64,000 nt of DNA. Source: Gammaproteobacteria bacterium (GTDB taxonomy: Bacteria > Pseudomonadota > Gammaproteobacteria > UBA4575). The notes beneath the pieces were generated by a model, which saw nothing but the letters and a program-made list of their open reading frames with translations, made no database searches and was not told the origin of the DNA. This document shows positions 59,244 through 64,000 of the stretch, piece by piece. Every line of letters starts with the position of its first letter. Position 1 is the stretch's first letter. Position numbers and translations under genes: made by a program. The stretch is taken from contig CBDHFH010000003.1 of NCBI GenBank assembly GCA_965262455.1, positions 94,360 to 158,359 on the forward strand, in the 5' to 3' direction.

Positions 59244-60401
59244 ATGCTTACACCGACTATATATAAAAGCTTTGCCGAGCTACCGGATCACTGTTTGTCA
59301 TTTTTAACAGAAATTGAAAAGTCTAATTTTTACCTTGGTAAAGGTTGGTTCGAAAATTTCTCTTCCAATACTGTCACGACAGACAGTCATATCCGCATCT
59401 ATAGCGTTGAAGAAACCGATGACCAGCAAATGACGCGTGGCATTATTTTCATGCGTTCGCCAGGTGGGCAGAATGGTTCCTTATCAGAAAAATTGTTTTC
59501 TGGCAGCAAAACAATTGCCAGCATGACCGCACATCAGTCAATATATTTTGCACCAGTCATTGATGAGTCGGGCTCTGATCAAGAACAAATTATTCATACA
59601 CTTATCAAAGCGATCTGCAATGATAAGCAAGCATGGAATTTGATTGACATCAATTTCATGAATAAAGACTCAAGTGTATATCGCTATGTATCAGACGCTC
59701 TCAAGCAATCTGGTATGAGTGTGCATCATTATGATTATCGTCCAAATATGTATGAAGATCTCACTAATACGACGTTCAAAGATTATATTGCCTCGCGACC
59801 TTCTATGGTGCGCAAAACATATATGCGCAAAGCACGGAAATTAGAAAAATCAGGCGACGTTAAATTTGAATTAATTACTTCAGGTGACCTGACTAAAGCG
59901 ATTGCCGATTATAAAATTATTCATGATCGCTCATGGAAAGAGGAAGAATTATTTCCCGAGCACGACCCCGGCGTCATCCAAAAAGCGGCCCAAGCTGGTT
60001 GTTTGCGTTTGGGCTTGCTCTATCTTGACGACAAACCAGTCGCGGTACAAATCTGGCTGGTCTCATCTGGCCGCGCAACCATTTACAAACTGCATTACGA
60101 TTCAGACTATCATCAGCAATCTGTAGGCGCAGTATTAATGTTGCGTATGTTTGAGCACATGATCGATGTAGAACATATTGATGAAGTTGATTTTGGTGTA
60201 GGCGATGAAACTGCAAAAAGCCTCTGGCTGAAAGACCAACGCCCACTGTGTGGAATCGTGGCCTTTAACACAAAAAAAGTGGGCGGTTTACTAGCTCTAT
60301 CAAAATTCAAATCTGCTGAGATTCTCGATACCACCAAGCAACATATCAAACCGATGTTGTTACCGATCAAACAAAAATTAGCAACAGCTAAAACAGACTA
60401 G
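59244..60401 (+). CDS. GNAT-superfamily acyltransferase of the FemAB/CelD (BioF2-like, PF13480-type) kind
   Basis: 385 aa; domain layout and length typical of CelD/FemAB-like acetyltransferases. Family assignment by pattern only. Confidence 0.5.
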   Translation: MLTPTIYKSFAELPDHCLSFLTEIEKSNFYLGKGWFENFSSNTVTTDSHIRIYSVEETDDQQMTRGIIFMRSPGGQNGSLSEKLFSGSKTIASMTAHQSIYFAPVIDESGSDQEQIIHTLIKAICNDKQAWNLIDINFMNKDSSVYRYVSDALKQSGMSVHHYDYRPNMYEDLTNTTFKDYIASRPSMVRKTYMRKARKLEKSGDVKFELITSGDLTKAIADYKIIHDRSWKEEELFPEHDPGVIQKAAQAGCLRLGLLYLDDKPVAVQIWLVSSGRATIYKLHYDSDYHQQSVGAVLMLRMFEHMIDVEHIDEVDFGVGDETAKSLWLKDQRPLCGIVAFNTKKVGGLLALSKFKSAEILDTTKQHIKPMLLPIKQKLATAKTD

Positions 60402-60410
60402 TAATTATTA

Positions 60411-60881
60411 TTAATGTACGTGCCCGTGAGAAATCTCTTCTTGCGTGGCATCTCTTATGCTGGCAACTTTGACATCAAAATTAAGCGTCACCCCTGCTAA
60501 CGGATGATTACCATCAACTGTGACTTGATCCCCTTCTATACTGGCAATCACCACTCGTTGAATTTGACCATTTTCGCCTTGGGCTTCAAAGGCCATACCC
60601 GGTTGTAAACTTTCCACACCTTCAAACGCTGCGCGATCCACAGTTTGAATGAGCTCTGGGGCTTTTTCTCCATAAGCGTCTGCGGGTTCCACTTTTACTA
60701 GCAAGGCATCATCCACCACTTTGCCAATTAACGCTTTTTCCAAGCCGGGAATAATATTGCCGGCTCCATGTAAATAAGATAACGGCTCATTTTCCTCTGA
60801 AGCATCAAGCACATTGCCATCGTTATCTGTCAGCGTGTAATGAATACTGACTACCATATTATCGCCAATCATCAAGGACAT
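60411..60881 (-). CDS. slyD: FKBP-type peptidyl-prolyl isomerase SlyD (without His-rich tail)
   Basis: 156 aa; aligns with E. coli SlyD (YLHGAGNIIPGLE, IF-domain insert, VDGNHPLAGVTLNFDVKVASIRDATQEEISHGHVH). Confidence 0.85.
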   Translation of the reverse strand: MSLMIGDNMVVSIHYTLTDNDGNVLDASEENEPLSYLHGAGNIIPGLEKALIGKVVDDALLVKVEPADAYGEKAPELIQTVDRAAFEGVESLQPGMAFEAQGENGQIQRVVIASIEGDQVTVDGNHPLAGVTLNFDVKVASIRDATQEEISHGHVH

Positions 60882-61024
60882 CGTCTCTCCATTGATACAT
60901 TTTTATAAATGAACTCATGCTTCGACATTAATTATTCTCCAAGCATAAGATTGCCTAGTGCGCACCATACAGGAATCAACCTTGACTGGCGAATATTTCA
61001 ACAAATTGTGTGTTTAACCATTGG

Positions 61025-61483
61025 CTATTTACTATTAGCTAAATAGCGACTAATAATTTTATCCAGTTGGTTAGCAAACGCTTTGCGGTCTGATTGGCTA
61101 TAGGGCGCTAGCCCACCTGTCTGTACGCCACTTGCACGTAATGTGTCCATAAGGTCGCGCATGCTGAGTAGTGATTTTATAGTATTTTTAGAATACAACT
61201 CACCGCGTGTATTTAATGCCAATGCGTTCATTACCAACACTTCTGCGGCCAGCGGTATATCGCTGGTAATTACTAAATCGCCAGCTTGCGCACGTTGCGC
61301 TATTTCATTATCGGCCACATCAAAGCCACTGTGCACTTGCAGCATGCGTATGTTATCAGCACGCGGTATACGTAGAGCTTGATTGGCCACTAAAGTCAAT
61401 TCTAACCCTGTGCGTTGTGCTGCACGAAATAAAATCTCACGCGCCGGCACGGGGCAGGCATCAGCGTCGACCCAAATTTTCAT
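61025..61483 (-). CDS. yaiI: YaiI/UPF0178 (DUF188) family protein
   Basis: 152 aa; [18 protein letters not shown]...[14 protein letters not shown]...[17 protein letters not shown] aligns with E. coli YaiI. Confidence 0.8.
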   Translation of the reverse strand: MKIWVDADACPVPAREILFRAAQRTGLELTLVANQALRIPRADNIRMLQVHSGFDVADNEIAQRAQAGDLVITSDIPLAAEVLVMNALALNTRGELYSKNTIKSLLSMRDLMDTLRASGVQTGGLAPYSQSDRKAFANQLDKIISRYLANSK

Positions 61484-61534
61484 ACATGTTTCTTAATTGG
61501 CATCTTAGAGGTGTGCAGTTTACACTTTCGCGTT

Positions 61535-62230
61535 ATGAAAACACTTTTTATTACTGGCACCGATACTGGTGTAGGCAAAACTTATATCGGGCGTATCTTA
61601 GTTAAAGCACTAAATAAATCCGGCTACTCATGCGAACCTAGAAAACCGATTGAAACCGGTTGCAATCTCGTAAATGGCGAACTGATTCCAGAAGATGCCT
61701 CATTATATGAACAGGCTACTCAAGGCAAATCCACATTAGCAGAAATCTGCCCATATCGATATGTACCTCCTATCTCACCTGAACGCGCTATCCGATTAGT
61801 CAATGAGACTGTTAACGTTAAAGATTTAATCGCAGTGTGCCAACCACAACACAATCCAAAAATGTTACTCGTAGAAGGTGCAGGTGGGTTTTATTCGCCA
61901 TTATGTAGCAATGGCTTGAATGCCGATTTAGCACAAAAGCTTAAAGGCGATGTTATCCTCGTCAGCAAAGATCGCTTGGGTTGTATCAATCAAACTTTGT
62001 TAGCCATGGAAGCAATCAACAACAGAAAACTCAACTTGATAGCGATAGTGCTCAATCAAACTCGCGCACATGAGGAATCATCCATGGACAACTTAGAGGA
62101 TCTGCGCATGCGTCTCAATATTCCGGTCATTGGCGTGCCCAATATGATTGATGCCAACCAAGATTTATTAGATGAGCACTACAAAGCAATAGACGAGTTA
62201 CTTGCCATAGTCAAATACCCAGCTTACTGA
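61535..62230 (+). CDS. bioD: ATP-dependent dethiobiotin synthetase (stand-alone BioD paralogue type)
   Basis: Start MKTLFITGTDTGVGKT (P-loop), EGAGG, GCIN motifs. No other bio genes adjacent. Confidence 0.75.
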   Translation: MKTLFITGTDTGVGKTYIGRILVKALNKSGYSCEPRKPIETGCNLVNGELIPEDASLYEQATQGKSTLAEICPYRYVPPISPERAIRLVNETVNVKDLIAVCQPQHNPKMLLVEGAGGFYSPLCSNGLNADLAQKLKGDVILVSKDRLGCINQTLLAMEAINNRKLNLIAIVLNQTRAHEESSMDNLEDLRMRLNIPVIGVPNMIDANQDLLDEHYKAIDELLAIVKYPAY

Positions 62231-62392
62231 AAACGTATTATCTCAACTTAGCTCTGTTGTTTGATGTCAATTTTATTTTGATATTATGCTTTTACATTAG
62301 AACTGGTTTGCAATGATGTATGCATGTTTATAAAACGAATATACTACTTAACAAATCTGTGACTCTAATAGCAGTTATGCATAAGGAACAAA

Positions 62393-62845
62393 TTGATGAC
62401 GGATACCTTTGAAGCAATGGGTAGTTGCCTCTGTGGCACTATCAATATTAAAGTCAAAAACATGAGTAACGAGATGGGCGCTTGCCACTGTGACATGTGT
62501 CAAAAGTGGACTGGCGGCCCATTGTTAGCTGTAGACTGTGGGTCGGATGTTACCTTAGAAGGCAAAGAATATATTTCTGTATATGACTCTTCTGACTGGG
62601 CTGAACGCGGCTTTTGTAACAAATGTGGCAACCACTTGTTCTATCGATTAAAAGCAAGTCAACAATATATGATGCCGGTTGGATTATTTGATACTGACAT
62701 TGAATTCGTATTTGACCACCAGATATTTATTGAATCCAAACCAAATTACTATCATTTTGGTAATCAAACAAAAGAAATGACCGGCGAAGAAGTGTTTGCT
62801 CTGTATACGCGATCAGAGAATCAATCGTTTATTTATATAGAATAA
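62393..62845 (+). CDS. GFA (glutathione-dependent formaldehyde-activating / CENP-V-like) zinc-finger family protein
   Basis: 150 aa; Cys ligand pattern CLCGT...CHCDMCQKW...CNKCGNHLFY. Confidence 0.75.
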   Translation: MMTDTFEAMGSCLCGTINIKVKNMSNEMGACHCDMCQKWTGGPLLAVDCGSDVTLEGKEYISVYDSSDWAERGFCNKCGNHLFYRLKASQQYMMPVGLFDTDIEFVFDHQIFIESKPNYYHFGNQTKEMTGEEVFALYTRSENQSFIYIE

Positions 62846-62850
62846 AAAAC

Positions 62851-62868
62851 GCCCTGCATGTGCAGGGC
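62851..62868 (+). terminator. Hairpin gccctgca-tg-tgcagggc after the GFA gene (possible terminator)
   Basis: Perfect 8-bp GC-rich inverted repeat right after the stop; weak T-tail. Also occludes the upstream alternative start of the next ORF. Confidence 0.45.
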
Positions 62869-62887
62869 ATGTTCATCAAACTTCATT

Positions 62888-63199
62888 ATGAGTACTCAGC
62901 TCAAGTTAGAAGAAATAATTTGGCAAATCGTAGCTGCCATTCCAAAAGGCAAAGTCTCAACGTATGGCCAGATAGCAAAAATAGCTGGCTATCCTGGCCA
63001 TGCACGTTACGTGGGTTACACATTAAGAAAGTTACCTAAAGATACTACGCTGCCTTGGCACCGCGTAGTAAATGCGCAAGGGAAACTATCTTTCCCTGTT
63101 GGAAGTAATGCTTATAAAAAGCAACGCGCATTACTTGAAGAAGAAGGAATTGTATTTATCAATATGAAGTTGTCTTTAAAAGACTATCAGCATCACTGA
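62888..63199 (+). CDS. atl: Alkyltransferase-like (ATL) protein: MGMT-family DNA-binding domain lacking the acceptor Cys (PWHRV)
   Basis: Start MSTQLKLEEIIWQIVAAIPKGKVSTYGQIAK...; motif TLPWHRVVNAQG where O6-alkylguanine transferases have PCHRV. Confidence 0.7.
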   Translation: MSTQLKLEEIIWQIVAAIPKGKVSTYGQIAKIAGYPGHARYVGYTLRKLPKDTTLPWHRVVNAQGKLSFPVGSNAYKKQRALLEEEGIVFINMKLSLKDYQHH

Positions 63200-63204
63200 A
63201 TCGA

Positions 63205-63235
63205 TAAAAAAAGCCCGCATAAGCGGGCTTTTTTA
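63205..63235. terminator. Bidirectional rho-independent terminator (aaaaaaagcccgc-ataa-gcgggcttttttt)
   Basis: GC stem with an A-run and a T-run on either side, between convergent atl and fba. Confidence 0.85.
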
Positions 63236-63253
63236 CTTTTATCAAGAAAGATA

Positions 63254-64000
63254 TTAAGCAGCTTTATCTGCTCCAGGAGTGTATTGCCCAAGGGCAGCTT
63301 TGCCGTTACTGCGCGCACGACCAAGTAACACTTCTTGCGCCGCTTTTACATTGGCTGCATCGCCACCCCATGCTGTCATAGAGGCATGTTGTAACGCGCG
63401 ACCATAAGAGAAAGTTAATCCCCATGGCAAGTCGATACCTAAGTTATGCATGGCATTTAAGTGTGCACTGGCTTCCTCATCAGATTGCCCACCTGATAAG
63501 AATGCAATGCCCGGTACCGCAGCAGGTACGGTATTTAGTAAGCAGCGCACTGTTTCTTTGGCAACGGTTTCCACATCAGCTCGGTTGCTGGCACTGGCAC
63601 CTGAAATTACCATACTTGGCTTTAACACCATCCCTTCAAGTAGCACGCCTTGGTTACGTAAATGTTGAAATGTGATTCGTTGGGCTAATTCAGTGACTTC
63701 GTAGCTGCGTTCAATGGAGTGGTCGCCATCCATTAATACTTCTGGTTCGACAATCGGCACAATGCCGGCCTCTTGACTGAGCTTTGCATAACGAGCGAGT
63801 GCGTGAGCGTTGGCCTCAATACATGCCCAGCTTGGAATTTCCTCGCCAATGGTAATAACTGCACGCCACTTAGAGAAACGTGCACCTAATTTGTAGTATT
63901 CCTCGAAACGGTCTCGTAAGCCGTCTAAGCCTTCCGTGACTTTTTCATCCAGATGGCCTGCAAGTGGCTTAGCTCCAGCATCTACTTTAATGCCAGGTAT
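63254..64000 (-). CDS. fba: Fructose-bisphosphate aldolase, class I (eukaryote-type, PF00274), C-terminal ~250 aa; gene continues past window end
   Basis: Minus-strand frame open to the window edge: ...IPGIKVDAGAKPLAGHLDEKVTEGLDGLRDRFEEYYKLGARFSKWRAVITIGEEIPSWACIEANAHALARYAKLSQEAGIVPIVEPEVLMDGDHSIERS...SGGQSDEEASAHLNAMH...PWGLTFSYGRALQ. Confidence 0.85.
   Translation of the reverse strand: MPGIKVDAGAKPLAGHLDEKVTEGLDGLRDRFEEYYKLGARFSKWRAVITIGEEIPSWACIEANAHALARYAKLSQEAGIVPIVEPEVLMDGDHSIERSYEVTELAQRITFQHLRNQGVLLEGMVLKPSMVISGASASNRADVETVAKETVRCLLNTVPAAVPGIAFLSGGQSDEEASAHLNAMHNLGIDLPWGLTFSYGRALQHASMTAWGGDAANVKAAQEVLLGRARSNGKAALGQYTPGADKAA

Noticed and set aside
1-64000. Mobile genetic elements, prophage, integrons or defence islands
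   Set aside because: No transposase, integrase, recombinase, restriction-modification, toxin-antitoxin or phage structural homologues were recognisable in any frame.

Overview
This 64 kb window looks like chromosomal backbone of a low-GC gammaproteobacterium. The PEP-CTERM-type sorting signals and Pseudomonas/Alteromonadales-like gene order suggest a marine organism, but that is inference. Nearly all genes are recognisable housekeeping loci. They include: mrdA (partial), an H+-pyrophosphatase, an RND efflux pair, the lptD-surA-pdxA-rsmA-apaG-apaH operon, folA, thyA-lgt, tpx, the ubiI-ubiH-pepP-ygfB / zapA-6S RNA locus, ilvA, rpiA, rpsI-rplM, a glcF-like gene overlapping coq7, speD, yhfA-crp, a contiguous trpEGDC operon adjacent to rpe-gph, purEK, purC, slyD, yaiI, bioD and class I fba (partial). 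I found no transposases, integrases, CRISPR arrays or recognisable defence systems. The most unusual items are:
- a histone-H1-like protein made almost entirely of KRKTA pentapeptide repeats, behind a ~300 bp AT-rich leader;
- a 6S RNA (ssrS) co-oriented with an EVE-domain gene instead of the usual 5-formyl-THF cycloligase;
- a decayed HAF-repeat gene built from ~140 bp tandem repeats, with a signal peptide and a PEP-CTERM-like anchor, broken by indels;
- a second PEP-CTERM-like protein carrying a lamin-tail domain;
- an operon pairing an unknown P-loop NTPase with a divergent MetA-like homoserine acyltransferase;
- a three-gene insertion (DUF3365 c-heme protein, PNPOx-like, secreted hypothetical) inside the surA-pdxA-rsmA operon;
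- a GlcF-like CCG-domain Fe-S protein overlapping coq7;
- an ABC permease/ATPase pair with no binding protein, sitting behind a PCuAC copper chaperone;
- a candidate Trp-rich leader peptide upstream of trpE.
All calls come from reading the six-frame translations and the raw sequence. No database search was possible.
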